From: Candidatus Oxydemutator sp. | GTDB taxonomy: Bacteria > Pseudomonadota > Gammaproteobacteria > Poriferisulfidales > Oxydemutatoraceae | Assembly: GCA_965203445.1 (NCBI GenBank) | Contig: OZ241883.1 | Span: 768,001 to 832,000 of the forward strand | Direction: 5' to 3' | DNA length: 64,000 bases | Part shown: positions 18,601-28,500 of the stretch, in pieces | How positions within the stretch are numbered: the stretch's first letter is position 1 | Layout: each line of letters begins with the position of its first letter | The notes under the pieces: generated by a model | Seen by the model: only the letters and a program-made list of their open reading frames with translations | What the model was told of the DNA's origin: nothing | The model's database searches: none | Position numbers and translations under genes: made by a program

Positions 18601-21600
18601 GCGCAACTGTAAGGACGTCCTCGACGTCTGCGCGTCCGACGACGGCGGCGTCTGGCCGCCACAGCACGATGTCTGCCCGCTGCGCCCGCGGTCGTAGTAG
18701 CTTGCCTGAACGTCGTATTTGTCGGCATCGCTTTCATTGCGCCTTCCCAACAAGCCGCCCCTTACGGTGCTTCCGCCATAGCGACCCCCGGACACCATGC
18801 CGACGGAGTAACTGGCGCTCACCACCGAACCTGCAATGGCTTCGCCTATCAGACCACCCGCCGTGTGGGCGTCCGCATGTACCCCCACGTCCGCGTAACT
18901 CGCTATTACCGCGCCACCATTGGCGCCCGCCAAACCGCCCGCCCCCCAAACACCCTTTACCCTGCCGGCTTGACCATCTACGCTGCCACCCAGCACGTAA
19001 CACGCCGCCACTCTGCCTTCGTTACGACCCACCAGCGCGCCCGTATGAACTCCTGCCCCCACGCTCACGAAAACGTCCCTCAGGCCCACGTTGCGGATCC
19101 TGCCGCCGACGCCCACGGCACTGAACAAACCCGCGTTATTCAACGACGGGCTCTCAATGCGCAAATTGCTTATGACGTGGCCGTTGCCTTCAAAAACCGC
19201 GGTGTAATACTCTAACGGAGACCCACCCCCTAACGGCGTCCAGTTCCCCACGCTCGACAAATCCAGGTCGTTCGACAACTCGTAGCCGGCGCACGTGCCG
19301 GGACAGGTGCTACTCTCGTTAAAAAATGGAAATGCCTCTTTGTAAGCATCCGCGTCGTCCCCATCAGCCACGCCGAGCAAACCCATACCGCCCAAGTCAT
19401 AGCGGATCGCCGACAACTGCGACGTCGTCGCAACCTCTATTAAATTATCGCCGTCGGGGTCGTAATCCGTCCCGCCGCTCCTTGCGATGACGCTGACGAC
19501 CGCGGAACTGGCGGCGCTCAGACGCAGCCCGTCCAAACCCCTCGGCTCGCTCAAGCGCACGCGGAACGTCTCTCTCCCCTCCGGCCCGTCGCCATCCTCG
19601 ATAGTAATCGTGAAAACCGCGCTGTCGGTGCCCGCCAGAACCACCTGCCCGCTCGTCGCACCGTCAAAATCCGACGCCTCGGCGTGGCCTTCGCCGACGC
19701 CGGTCAACTCCACCGACCAAGTCATCGTCACCGCGGGACCGTAAGCGCCCAATGCCACCGTGTACTCCGCCGCATCGCCCTCGAATGTTCTTTCGGCGCC
19801 CTGCGACAACGTCACCAATACGTCGGCCACCGGGCGCTGCACTCGGATGCCGGTGGTGTTGCCCTTGGGGTAACGCGCGCTTACGCCGCGCAGCACCGGA
19901 TAATCCAGATTGGTACCGAAATCCCACGGGTTGTCGTCGTTCAACGTCAAAACCCCCATCACCGTGCTCGACGTGTCGTCCACGTCCAGACCGCTCCAAG
20001 CGGCATAAATACCCTCGGCCGCGACCGGCGACCGCAACTCCCGGCTCGTCCTGACCGTCGTCGCCGACACGCTATCACCGCCCGACGATAAGCCGCTGCT
20101 ATCCGTGTCAAAGTAACTGCTCTCTATCGCGGTTGACGCGGCCGCGTTGATGCCCACCAGACCGCCGTTGTTACGCGCCACGTGCGACCAGTAAACGGGC
20201 GGCTGCCCCACGCTATCCAATGAATAACTCGCTATGATCTTCCCGCCGGAAGCGTTATAACCCGCCAGACCGCCGGCAGGGCTTGCGGCCACCCTCACGT
20301 CCACGTCGGTGTAACTGGCAATGATCGTTCCCTCATTGTGGCTCACCAGACCACCCGCGCCCCAACCGCCGCTCACATCTCCGTCGCGGTGCCCTCTGCC
20401 CGTCACCCAACACGCCGCCATTTTGCCGCCGTAGTTGACCCCCGCCAACGCGCCCGTCTGTATGCTGCTCCTGTGCACGAACACGTACACGTTCGCCAAG
20501 CCCACGTTGCGGATGACACCGCCTGCGCCCAAGCCCCGGAACAAGCCCACAAAGTGCCAGGGCTTACTCGACAGCACCGCTTCCATATTGCTGATAACGT
20601 GGCCGTTGCCTTCGAACACCGCGTTGTAAAGGTGCTCCTCGGGCAGCCTGCCGCCGACGCGGGGATCAAGCCCTCCGCCCCCTATCGGTTGCCAGGCCAA
20701 GCCCGACAAGTCCAGGTCGTTCAGCAATTCGTAGCCCTTGCAGCCGCTCGCACACGTCTCTTCCACGTCAAAATACGGAAATACGGCTTCGTACGCGGCC
20801 ACGCCTCCATAATCCACGCCGGCCAGGCCTCTGCCTCTCAAGTCATGGGTTATCGCCGCCAACTGCGACGTCGTCGCGACCTCTATCAGACCGTCGTCGT
20901 TGTCGTCATAGTCCCGCCCCTGCGGTGCGATGAAGCTGACGACCGCGGAAGCGGCGACGCTCAAACGAAAGTTGTCCGGACCCCGCAAATCAGAAAGCCG
21001 CACCCGAAAACGCTCCAGCCGTTCCAACCCGTCGTCCCGCGCTATCCCTATCCTGAAAACCACGCCGTCGGTGTCGACCAGAACCACCTCCCCGCTCGTC
21101 GCACCGGAAAAATCGGCCGCGGCGGCGTGGCCGGTGCCGGCACCGGTCAGCTCCACCGACCAATTCATCGTAACCGCGCCGACACTGGGAACGTCAAGTT
21201 CCACCGCATACGTCGCCGTCGAATCTTCCGTTGCCAGAACGTCGCCTCGCTGCGATAGCGTCGCCAATACCGGCGGCTGCAAGCGCCGCTGCACGCCGGT
21301 ACTCGTGGTGTTGCCGGTGGGATAACGCGCGCTCATGCCGCGCAGCACCGGATATTCCGAACTACTCCCGAAATCCCACGGCGCGTCGTCGTTCAAGTCG
21401 TCGTCATCAAGCTGATCCACGCCGTCCACGTTCAACTGGCCCCAACCGGCGTAGATGCCCATAGCCGACGTCGGGCCGCGCAACTCGGCGGACATCCTGG
21501 CGGGCGCACTGTTCGACGACGGCATGCTCGTACCGCAGCACGCACTCAACCCGGCGCGCCGGCGGTCAAAGTAGCTTGACTGAAGCTCCAAAAAGGAAGA

Positions 21601-24600
21601 ATCATTAAACCCTGTCAAACCGCCTCTATGACCTCCCCCGCCGGTCGGAACCCCTATCGTGTAGCTGGCGCTCACTACGGACTGGCCCACGCCCACGCCG
21701 CCGCTCACGCTGCCTATCAAACCGCCCGCTCTTTGTCCCCGGCCATGCACCGCCACGTCGCTGTAACTGGCAATCACGGTTCCCCCGAAGATCTCGCCCA
21801 CCAGACCGCCTACCGCCCAGGAACCGGTCACCACCCCGCCGACCGCGTAACTCGCCGCTATCCTGCCGTAGGCAGTCCCCGCCAACGCGCCTACCCCCAC
21901 GCTTTCAGGCGCATTCACGCTCACGTTCTCGATGCCTACCGAACGGATTTTGCCGCCGGCGCCCAAGATGCCGAACAAGCCCACGTCGTCATAACGATCA
22001 CTGCCGACGGCTCGTGTGAACTTCATGTTCCTGACGACGTGGCCGTTGCCTTCGAATACGGCGTTGTAGCGGGACGACCCCCTGCCTATCGGCGTCCAGT
22101 CCTCACCCGACAAGTCCATATCGTTCGACAACTCGTAGCCTTTGCAATCGCCCGGACACGTCCCGAACTCGTCAGAAAACGGAAATGCCGCGCTATAGGT
22201 GGTCGCATATGCTTCCCTGTCGGGCACGCCGTCGCCGTCCAAGTCATAGCGGATCGCCGACAACTGCGACGTCGTCATAACGTCTATCAGATTGTTGTCG
22301 TCGAGGTCATAATCGTTCCCGTTCCTGGCGATAACACTGTCGACCGCGGAACTGGCGGCATCCAGACGCACGCCGTCCGGGGCTTGCAAACTGCTCAACC
22401 GCACCCGAAACGCCTCCCGTAACTCCAGCGTCTCGTCCTCTGCTATCCCCACCCCGAAAACCGCGCTGTCGGTGCCCGCCAGAACCACCCGCCCTCGCGT
22501 CGCCCCGACAAAATCGGCCGCCTCGGCGTGCCCGGCGCCGACAAGCTCCACCGACCAACTCATCGTCACCACGGCCGCGCCGATGACCTCGTCGTCGGCA
22601 TTCCATTCCACCGCGTACGTCACCGTCGAACCTTCCGCTATCGGACTGCCGCCTCGCTGCGACAACGCCACCGCTACCGGCGGCTGCACGCGCCGCTGCA
22701 CGCCGATACTCGTGGTGTTGCCGGCGGGATAACGCGCGCTCACGCCGCGCAACACCGGATATTGGAAACGATTACCAAAATCCCACGGCGCGTCGTCGTT
22801 CAAGTCGCCGTCGTCGCGCTGATCCACGCGATCCACGTTCAACTGGTCCCAACCGGCGTAGATAGTGCCCGCCGTCGTCGTCGGGGCGTACAAATCACTG
22901 GAAGTCCTGGGCGTATCGTCCGGCGACAGCGGGTTCGTGCCGCAGCACGAACTCTGTTCGCTGCGCACGCGATCAAAGTAGCTCGACTGAATCTCGGCCG
23001 ATGTAGCACGCTTCCCGATCAGACCGCCGATCTCGGAACCGCTCCTTTTCAGCGTCGCCAACGTGTAACTGGCGCTCACTATGCTCATGCCGCTGGCCTC
23101 GCCTACCAGACCACCCAACGGCCGATTCTGGGTATCCACCAACACGTCATCAACATAACTGGCAATTATGATTCCGCTCCCGCCCAATTCGCCCACCAGA
23201 CCGCCTATGCCCCAACCGCCGTGCACCGCACCGCCCGCCACGTAACTCGACACTATCCTGCCGTAGGCAACCCCCGCCAACGCGCCCGTCTGTACGCTGC
23301 CTGGATGCACACTCACGTTCACGTTCACCAAACCCACGTTGCGGACGACACCGGCGACGCCCAGGCCACGGAACAGACCCACAAAGTCCCAACGGGTACT
23401 CACGCCGTTAACGCGGTCGTCAATGCGCATGTTCTCGATGACGTGGCCGTTGCCTTCGAACGTCCCGTGGTAACGGTTCTCATCAGTCAAACCGCCTGGC
23501 AACCGATTGCGCACCCCGCCCCCTATCGGGTTCCAGTCCTCATCCGACAAGTCTATATCGTTCGACAACTCGTAGCCTTTGCAACTGCCCGGACACGTCC
23601 CGAACTCGTCAGAAAACGGAAATGCCGCACTATAGGTGGTCGCATATGCTTCCCCGTCGGGCACGCCGTCGCCGTCCAGATCATAGCGGATCGCCGACAA
23701 CTGCGACGTCGTCGCTACCTCTATCAGATTGTTGTCGTCGAGGTCATAATCCTTCCCGTTCGATGCGATGACGCTGACAACCGCGGAACTGGCGGCATTC
23801 AAACGCACGTTGTCCGGGCCTTGCAAACTGCTCAACCGCACCCGATACGTTTCCCTCTCTTCCGACGTCTCGTCCTCTTTTATCCCTACCCTGAAAACCG
23901 CGCTGTCGGTATTGACCAGAACCACCCGCCCTCGCGTCGCCCCGACAAAATCGGCCGCCTCGGCGTGGCCGGCGCCGACAAGCTCCACCGACCAACTCAT
24001 TGTCACCTCATACCTGATGGGAAAATCCAATTCCACCGCGTACGTTACCGTCGAGCCTTCCGCCACCAGATCGCCGCCTCGCTGCGACAACGCCACCAAT
24101 ATCGGCGGCTGCAAACGCCGCTGCACGCCGGTACTCGTGGTGTTGCCAGTGGGATAACGCGCGCTCATGCCGCGCAGCACCGGATGATCCAAATCACTCC
24201 CGAAATCCCACGGCGCGTCGTTGAAGTCGCCGTCGCCGTCCAGATCCAACCGGTCCCAACCGGCGTAGATGGTGCCCGTCGCCGTCGTCGGGATGCGCAA
24301 CTGGCTGGAAGTCCTGAGCGTATTGTCCGCCGTCGGCGCGTTCGTGCCGCAGCACGAACTCTGTTCGCTGCGCACGCGATCAAAGTAGCTCGACTGAATC
24401 TCGGCCGATGTATCACGGGCACCCACCAGACCGCCGACCTCGACACCACTCCTTTTCAGCGTCGCCAACGTGTAACTGGCGCTCACTATGCTCATGCCGG
24501 AAGCCTTGCCTACCAGACCACCCAACGGCCGCTGCGGGCTATCCACCAACACGTTGGCATAACTCGCCACCACCGTTCCCGTGGCCAACTCGCCCGCCAG

Positions 24601-25224
24601 GGCGCCTATGACCCAACCGCCGTGCACCTCGCCGCCCGCCACGTAACTCGACGCTATCCTGCCGTAGACTATCCCCGCCAACGCGCCCGTCAGTACGCTG
24701 TTCGAAGGCACCCTCACGTCCACGTTCACCAAGCCCACGTTGCGGATGACACCGGCCTCGCCCAGGCCTCGGAACAAACCCACAAGGTCCCAACGGGTAC
24801 TCACGCCGTTAACGCGGTCGTCAATGCGCATGTTCTCGATAACGTGGCCGTTGCCCTCGAATACCGCGTTGTAACGGTCCGCAGGCAGCAATCCGTCCGG
24901 CAACTGATTGCGCCCCCCGCCCCCTATCGGGTTCCAGTCCCTGCCCGACAGGTCCACGTCGTTCAGCAATTCATAACCGTTGCAGGTGCCGGGACAACCC
25001 ATGCCCGGCACGGCGTCGGGAAACGCGGTGCTATAAGCGGCGGGGGCGGCGTTGCCGGCACCCGTCAGATCGTGGGTGATGGCCTGCAACTGCGTCGAAG
25101 TCCTGACGTCTATCAGATTGTTGTCATTGACGTCGTAGTCGACGCTGCCCGTCGGGGTTTGGGCCGCGACGCCGGCGGCAAAAGTCATCAGCAGCAAGCA
25201 CGCGGCAATTCTCATTGTCCACAC
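12952..25224 (-). CDS. Giant secreted adhesin-like protein 2 (4090 aa; 8 GLUG-like beta-helix/Calx-beta modules + shared C-terminal dockerin-like domain)
   Basis: ORF track. Signal peptide MRIAACLLLMTFAAGVAAQ; repeated DYDxDxNNLI...GYELxNDxDLS...FEGNGHV...GGLVG...PWDFG modules; Calx-beta-like EG...DF...DD..E..E.F.V.L domains. The true start may be ATG 25283 across a poly-C tract (see findings). Confidence 0.92.
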   Translation of the reverse strand: MWTMRIAACLLLMTFAAGVAAQTPTGSVDYDVNDNNLIDVRTSTQLQAITHDLTGAGNAAPAAYSTAFPDAVPGMGCPGTCNGYELLNDVDLSGRDWNPIGGGGRNQLPDGLLPADRYNAVFEGNGHVIENMRIDDRVNGVSTRWDLVGLFRGLGEAGVIRNVGLVNVDVRVPSNSVLTGALAGIVYGRIASSYVAGGEVHGGWVIGALAGELATGTVVASYANVLVDSPQRPLGGLVGKASGMSIVSASYTLATLKRSGVEVGGLVGARDTSAEIQSSYFDRVRSEQSSCCGTNAPTADNTLRTSSQLRIPTTATGTIYAGWDRLDLDGDGDFNDAPWDFGSDLDHPVLRGMSARYPTGNTTSTGVQRRLQPPILVALSQRGGDLVAEGSTVTYAVELDFPIRYEVTMSWSVELVGAGHAEAADFVGATRGRVVLVNTDSAVFRVGIKEDETSEERETYRVRLSSLQGPDNVRLNAASSAVVSVIASNGKDYDLDDNNLIEVATTSQLSAIRYDLDGDGVPDGEAYATTYSAAFPFSDEFGTCPGSCKGYELSNDIDLSDEDWNPIGGGVRNRLPGGLTDENRYHGTFEGNGHVIENMRIDDRVNGVSTRWDFVGLFRGLGVAGVVRNVGLVNVNVSVHPGSVQTGALAGVAYGRIVSSYVAGGAVHGGWGIGGLVGELGGSGIIIASYVDDVLVDTQNRPLGGLVGEASGMSIVSASYTLATLKRSGSEIGGLIGKRATSAEIQSSYFDRVRSEQSSCCGTNPLSPDDTPRTSSDLYAPTTTAGTIYAGWDQLNVDRVDQRDDGDLNDDAPWDFGNRFQYPVLRGVSARYPAGNTTSIGVQRRVQPPVAVALSQRGGSPIAEGSTVTYAVEWNADDEVIGAAVVTMSWSVELVGAGHAEAADFVGATRGRVVLAGTDSAVFGVGIAEDETLELREAFRVRLSSLQAPDGVRLDAASSAVDSVIARNGNDYDLDDNNLIDVMTTSQLSAIRYDLDGDGVPDREAYATTYSAAFPFSDEFGTCPGDCKGYELSNDMDLSGEDWTPIGRGSSRYNAVFEGNGHVVRNMKFTRAVGSDRYDDVGLFGILGAGGKIRSVGIENVSVNAPESVGVGALAGTAYGRIAASYAVGGVVTGSWAVGGLVGEIFGGTVIASYSDVAVHGRGQRAGGLIGSVSGGVGVGQSVVSASYTIGVPTGGGGHRGGLTGFNDSSFLELQSSYFDRRRAGLSACCGTSMPSSNSAPARMSAELRGPTSAMGIYAGWGQLNVDGVDQLDDDDLNDDAPWDFGSSSEYPVLRGMSARYPTGNTTSTGVQRRLQPPVLATLSQRGDVLATEDSTATYAVELDVPSVGAVTMNWSVELTGAGTGHAAAADFSGATSGEVVLVDTDGVVFRIGIARDDGLERLERFRVRLSDLRGPDNFRLSVAASAVVSFIAPQGRDYDDNDDGLIEVATTSQLAAITHDLRGRGLAGVDYGGVAAYEAVFPYFDVEETCASGCKGYELLNDLDLSGLAWQPIGGGGLDPRVGGRLPEEHLYNAVFEGNGHVISNMEAVLSSKPWHFVGLFRGLGAGGVIRNVGLANVYVFVHRSSIQTGALAGVNYGGKMAACWVTGRGHRDGDVSGGWGAGGLVSHNEGTIIASYTDVDVRVAASPAGGLAGYNASGGKIIASYSLDSVGQPPVYWSHVARNNGGLVGINAAASTAIESSYFDTDSSGLSSGGDSVSATTVRTSRELRSPVAAEGIYAAWSGLDVDDTSSTVMGVLTLNDDNPWDFGTNLDYPVLRGVSARYPKGNTTGIRVQRPVADVLVTLSQGAERTFEGDAAEYTVALGAYGPAVTMTWSVELTGVGEGHAEASDFDGATSGQVVLAGTDSAVFTITIEDGDGPEGRETFRVRLSEPRGLDGLRLSAASSAVVSVIARSGGTDYDPDGDNLIEVATTSQLSAIRYDLGGMGLLGVADGDDADAYKEAFPFFNESSTCPGTCAGYELSNDLDLSSVGNWTPLGGGSPLEYYTAVFEGNGHVISNLRIESPSLNNAGLFSAVGVGGRIRNVGLRDVFVSVGAGVHTGALVGRNEGRVAACYVLGGSVDGQAGRVKGVWGAGGLAGANGGAVIASYADVGVHADAHTAGGLIGEAIAGSVVSASYSVGMVSGGRYGGSTVRGGLLGRRNESDADKYDVQASYYDRGRSGQTSCCGGQTPPSSDAQTSRTSLQLRAPTSAVGIYAGWDKLDVDGVDQLDDDDLNDDAPWDFGSGFDYPVLRGVSARFPGGNAAGIGVQRRLQPQVLLTLSQRGADLLTEGQVVEYTVELDGRVSQLVMNWSVEYTGAGDGHAEASDFDGDRDGVLVLTNTSSAVFQVRIADDVRPELRETFRVRVSRFLTSGALRQRLNVASSAVVSVIASHGKNYDADDNGLIDVMTTSQLSAIRYDLRGMGLGGVDGEDVAAVAAYEGAFPFFDEIGACAGGCKGYELLNDVDLSGLAWQPIGGGGLDPRVDGRLPEKYLYKAVFEGNGHVISNMEVNAPNVVWHFVGLFRGLGASGVIRNVGLMGAKVAVHMNSISTGGLAGVNYGGKVAACYVVGEDDQGDVIGSWTVGGLVGGNEGTIIASYANAYVRGAASPTGGLVGYNAPGGKIIASYSLGIVGLARVVWPHATRNDGGLVGQNDAASTAIEASYYDRDSGGLSSGGTNVSATAVRTSRELRSPVAAEGIYAAWSGLNVDDTTGTVMGVLTLNDDNPWDFGTNLDYPVLRGVSERYPDGNTTGIRAQRLAAGVFVTLSQGAGRKSEGEEAEYAVTLSTRGAGAVTMNWSVELTGVGEGHAEALDFDGATSGQVVLVDTASAVFQVGIKEDETPERRETFRVRVSDLQGPDNVRLNPAGSAVVSVIAPNGRDYDPDGNNLINVATTSQLAAIRYDLGGAGLRGVADGDVVAYDEAFPFFDKVKTCAGGCKGYELSNDVDLSSVGNWTPLGGGNPIRYYTAVFEGNGHVVSNLRIQSSLRLDNAGLFGAVSGVGTIRNMGLRDVNVEVGGGSMHTGALVGRNEGKVAACYVTGGSVKGVSATGGLAGANHGTVLASYAAVGVHADGLRSGGLIGRAAAGSVVSASYSIGRVTGGARGGSTYRGGLVGGRDEADAAEYDVQASYFDRARSGQSSCCGENEPSPDRSSRTSIELRAPTAAVGIYAGWDQLDVDGVASTAMGAVTLNDDAPWDFGSGLDYPVLRGVSARYPTGNTTSVGVQRRLQPPVSLTLSQRGADLVTEGQDVEYIVELDVPSVIQLVMNWSVEYTGAGEGHAEALDFDGDRDGFLFLTNTRSAVFQVSIADDGTPERRETFRVKVSGFVASSALRRRLNVASSAVVSVIAPNGKDYDPDGNNLINVATTSQLAAIRYDLGGAGLRGVADGDVVAYDEAFPFFDEAETCAGGCKGYELSNDVDLSSVGNWTPLGGGRPIKYYTAVFEGNGHVVSNLRIQSSLRLDNAGLFGAVSGVGTIRNVGLRDVNVEVGGGSMHTGALVGRNEGKVAACYVTGGSVEGVFAAGGLAGANYGAVLASYAAVGVHADGLRSGGLIGRAAAGSVVSASYSIGRVTGGAHGASTYRGGLVGGRDEADAAEYDVQASYFDRARSGQSSCCGENEPSPDRSSRTSIELRAPTAAVGIYAGWNQLDVDGVASTAMGVVTLNDDAPWDFGSRLDYPVLRGVSARYPGGNTTSIRVQRQRQPLLPVVMLATPAHIRTTESDVELRFEVALSPATTVISGSVTIHYQVSGTATAGADYRDEGRGMVVMAAGTTRAVIRLRLLDDDAIEPEEELVLRLLRVQGDNVAVATTRFSTVVTIANDDRLVVVVNARVYLQGAYGGSRGMSTGLIDVLPRRQPYNVAPWNYSAATTVPHVGEGSGLSGVTSTIVDWVLVELRTGATADAALASAPTPGGRAAGLLLRDGRIAGINEEAATAADALFLDGVRFETELLEGGQVYVSVHHRNHLSVISANALAPGGEGCNAGYCVDFRFAQSHGDGQAEVGQGTYAMFAGDVDRNGVIDERDEVLIRVHNLRSLTSLGAGAYRDPDAAGNYAVDADLDFDGEVLSADRCFVLAPGTQGRCRTFSAP

Positions 25225-25241
25225 CCTGCTATGCGGGATCA

Positions 25242-25262
25242 GGGGGGGGGGGGGGGGGGGGG
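25242..25262 (-). repeat. G21 (C21 on coding strand) homopolymer at the 5' end of adhesin 2
   Basis: 21 consecutive G; the paralogous position has G8 (39221-39228), and adhesin 1 has G7 (11580-11586). Confidence 0.9.
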
Positions 25263-25280
25263 TAGGCGGATGTCGCGCAC

Positions 25281-25295
25281 CATGCGCTGATTATA
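25281..25295 (-). promoter_or_regulatory. -10 box TATAAT 6 nt upstream of ATG 25283 (candidate leaderless start)
   Basis: Minus strand TATAAT-CAGCGC-ATG; identical arrangement at 39262-39248. No convincing -35. Confidence 0.6.
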
Positions 25296-25440
25296 ATCCT
25301 GTATGTTCCCTAAAACCGTCCCCCTGAGAAGTCTCCGAAAAACACGGGCGGTTCAAGGTAAGTTGGCGTCGGGCATCAGCGGATAGGCGAGGCGGTCGCT
25401 TCTCTCACTATAATATAGACACGGGGCTTACCACCTTGCG

Positions 25441-25557
25441 TCAGCGGGCGACATCGCGCGCGCGGCCATCGCCATCATCCGCGACGCCGGCGCGCAACCC
25501 TCGGCACTGCTCATCTCCTGCGGCCGCCGCGAAAAAGGCACCGGGGCAACCTCGGCA
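25441..25557 (+). pseudogene. pyrE: pyrE remnant (copy of ~39848-39965) inside a duplicated intergenic block
   Basis: ggccatcgccatcatccgcgacgccggcgcgc...aaaaaggcaccggggcaacctcggc matches pyrE; upstream 25263-25440 matches 39230-39410. Confidence 0.88.
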
Positions 25558-25572
25558 ATGCCGACCCGTTGC

Positions 25573-28500
25573 CTACGGCGCCGAAAACGTCCTGCACCGG
25601 CCCTGGGTCCCCGGCGCGAGCACGAAACACCGATCAGCGGACAACACCTCGCCGTCGAAGTCCAAATCCGCGTCCACCGCGTAATTGCCGGCCGCGTCCG
25701 GGTCGCGGTACGCGCCCGCGCCCAACGACGTCAACGACCTCAGGTTGTGCACGCGGATCAATACCTCGTCCCGCTCGTCTACCACGCCGTTGCGATCCAC
25801 GTCGCCCGCGACCATCGCATACGTGCCTTGCCCGACTTCGGCCTGCCGACCCCCGTGCGACTGCGCGAACCGGAAGTCCACGCAGTAGCCGGCGTTACAT
25901 CCCTCGCCGCCGGGCGCCGATGCATTCGCGGATATTACCGACAGGTGGTTGCGGTGGTGCACCAACACGTACACTTCCTGACCTTCGGGCAGCTCCGTCT
26001 CAAAATGCACGCCGTTCAAGAACAGCGTATCCGCCGCCGTCGCCGCCTCCTCGTTGATCCCTGCGATACGACCGTCGCGCAACAGCAAACCCGCGGCGCG
26101 ACCGCCCGTCGTCGGCGCCGATGCCAACGCCGCGTCCGCGGTCGCGCCGGTGCGCACCTCCACCAGCACCCAGTCCACTATCGTCGAGGTTACGCCGCTC
26201 AATCCAGACCCCTCCCCCACGTGCGGCACCGTCGTCGCCGCCGGGTAGTTCCACGGAGCCACGTTATAGGGTTGTCGCCTCGGCAAAACGTCTATCAATC
26301 CGGTGCTCATGCCACGCGAACCCCCATACGCACCCTGCAAATACACGTGCGCGTCCACCACCAACCTGTCGTCGTTGGCTATCGTTACGACCGTCGAAAA
26401 CCGGGTCGTGGCAACCGCAACGCTATCGCCCCGAGTACGCAACAGCCGCAACACCAGCTCCTCCTCCGGTTCTATGACGTAGTCGTCCAACAGGCGCAAC
26501 CGTATCACCGCCCTCGTCGTGCCCACGGCCATCACCACCATACCGCCATCCTCGTCTCTATAATCGGCACCCGCCGTCGCCGTGCCGCTTACCTGATAAT
26601 GGATGGTTACGTCCTCGCCGATAACCGCAGTAGCAGGCGACAAAGCCACCTCGAACCGAAGCTCCACGTCGCTCTCCGTCGTGCGTATATAGGCCGGCGT
26701 CGCCAGCATCACCACCGGTACCGACGGCTGCCTCTGGCGCTGCACGCGGATACTCGTGGTGTTGCCGCCGGGATAACGTATGCTTACACCGCGCAACGCC
26801 GGATAATCGAAACGACTCCCGAAATCCCACGGCGCGTCGTCATTCAACGTCACGACACCCATGGCCGTGCTCGCCACGCCGTCCACGTCCAACTGGTTCC
26901 AACCGGCGTAGATGCCCACGGCCGCCGTCGGCGCGCGCAACTCGATGGACGTCCTGGACGACCGATCCGGCGACGGCTCGTTCTCGCCACAACACGAACT
27001 CTGCCCGCTGCGCTCGTGGTCAAAGTAGCTCGCCTGAACGTCGTATTCGGCCGCGTCGGCTTCATCACGCCCCCCCACCAGGCCGCCCCGGTAGGTGCTT
27101 GCGCCGTGCGCTCCCCCCGTCACCCTGCCTATCGAGTAACTGGCGCTCACCACCGAACCTATGGCGGCCCGGCCTATCAGACCACCCGAGCGGAGCCCAT
27201 CCGCGTGCACTCCCACGGCCGCGTAACTCGCCAATACCGTGCCATGATTGGCACCCGCCAGACCGCCCGTCGCAGAAACACCCTTTACGCTGCCGCCTGT
27301 CACGTAACACGCCGCCACCTTGCCTTCGTTACGACCCACCAACGCCCCCGTATGCATACTGCCGCCACCCACCTCCACGCTCACGTCCCGCAAGCCCACG
27401 TTGCGGATCGTGCCGACGCCGCTTACGGCGCCGAACAAGCCCGCGTTATCCAACCGTAGCGACGACTGGATACGCAAGTTGCTTACGACGTGGCCGTTGC
27501 CTTCAAAAACGGCGGTGTAATACTTTATCGGATTCCCGCCCCCCAACGGCGTCCAGTTCCGCACGCTCGACAAGTCCACGTCGTTCGACAACTCGTAGCC
27601 TTTGCAACCGCCCGCGCAAGTCTCGGCCTCGTCAAAAAACGGAAAGGCCTCGTCGTAGGCAACCACGTCTCCATCAGCCACGCCACGCAAACCCGCGCCG
27701 CCCAAGTCATAGCGGATCGCCGCCAACTGCGACGTCGTCGCAACGTTTATCAGATTGTTGCCGTCGGGATCGTAATCCTTCCCGTTCGGGGCGATGACGC
27801 TGACGACCGCGGAACTGGCGACGTTCAAGCGCTGGCGCAACGCGCTCGACGTCAAAAATCCGCTCACTCTCACTCGAAACGTCTCTCTCCTCTCCGACGT
27901 CCCGTCATCCGCTATCCCTACCCGGAAAACCACGCTGTTGGTATTGGTGAGGAACAGCAACCCATCCCTGTCCCCGTCAAAATCCAACGCCTCGGCGTGG
28001 CCGTCGCCGGCACCGGTGTACTCCACGGACCAACTCATCGCCAACTGGCTGACGCTGGGAACATCCAATTCTACGATGTACTCAACGTCCTGCCCCTCCG
28101 TTACCAGGTCGGCGCCCCGCTGCGACAACGTCAGCGACACCGGCGGCTGCAAGCGCCGTTGCACGCCGGCACTCGTGGTGTTGCCGGTGGGATAACGCGC
28201 GCTCACGCCGCGCAACATCGGATAATCCAAACCACTCCCGAAATCCCACGGCGCGTCGTCGTTCAACGTCCGCACGCCCATGACCGTGCCCGTCGTGTCG
28301 TCCACGTTCAGCTTGTCCCAACCGGCGTATATGCCCATCGCCGCCGTCGGGGCGCGCAACTGGACCGAGGTCCTCGACGTCTGCGCGTCCGACGACGGCA
28401 TGCGCTGGCCACAGCACGATGTCTGCCCGCTGCGCCCGCGGTCATAGTAGCTTGCCTGAACGTCGTATACGGCGTCGTCGGTTTCGTTACGCTGCCCCAC

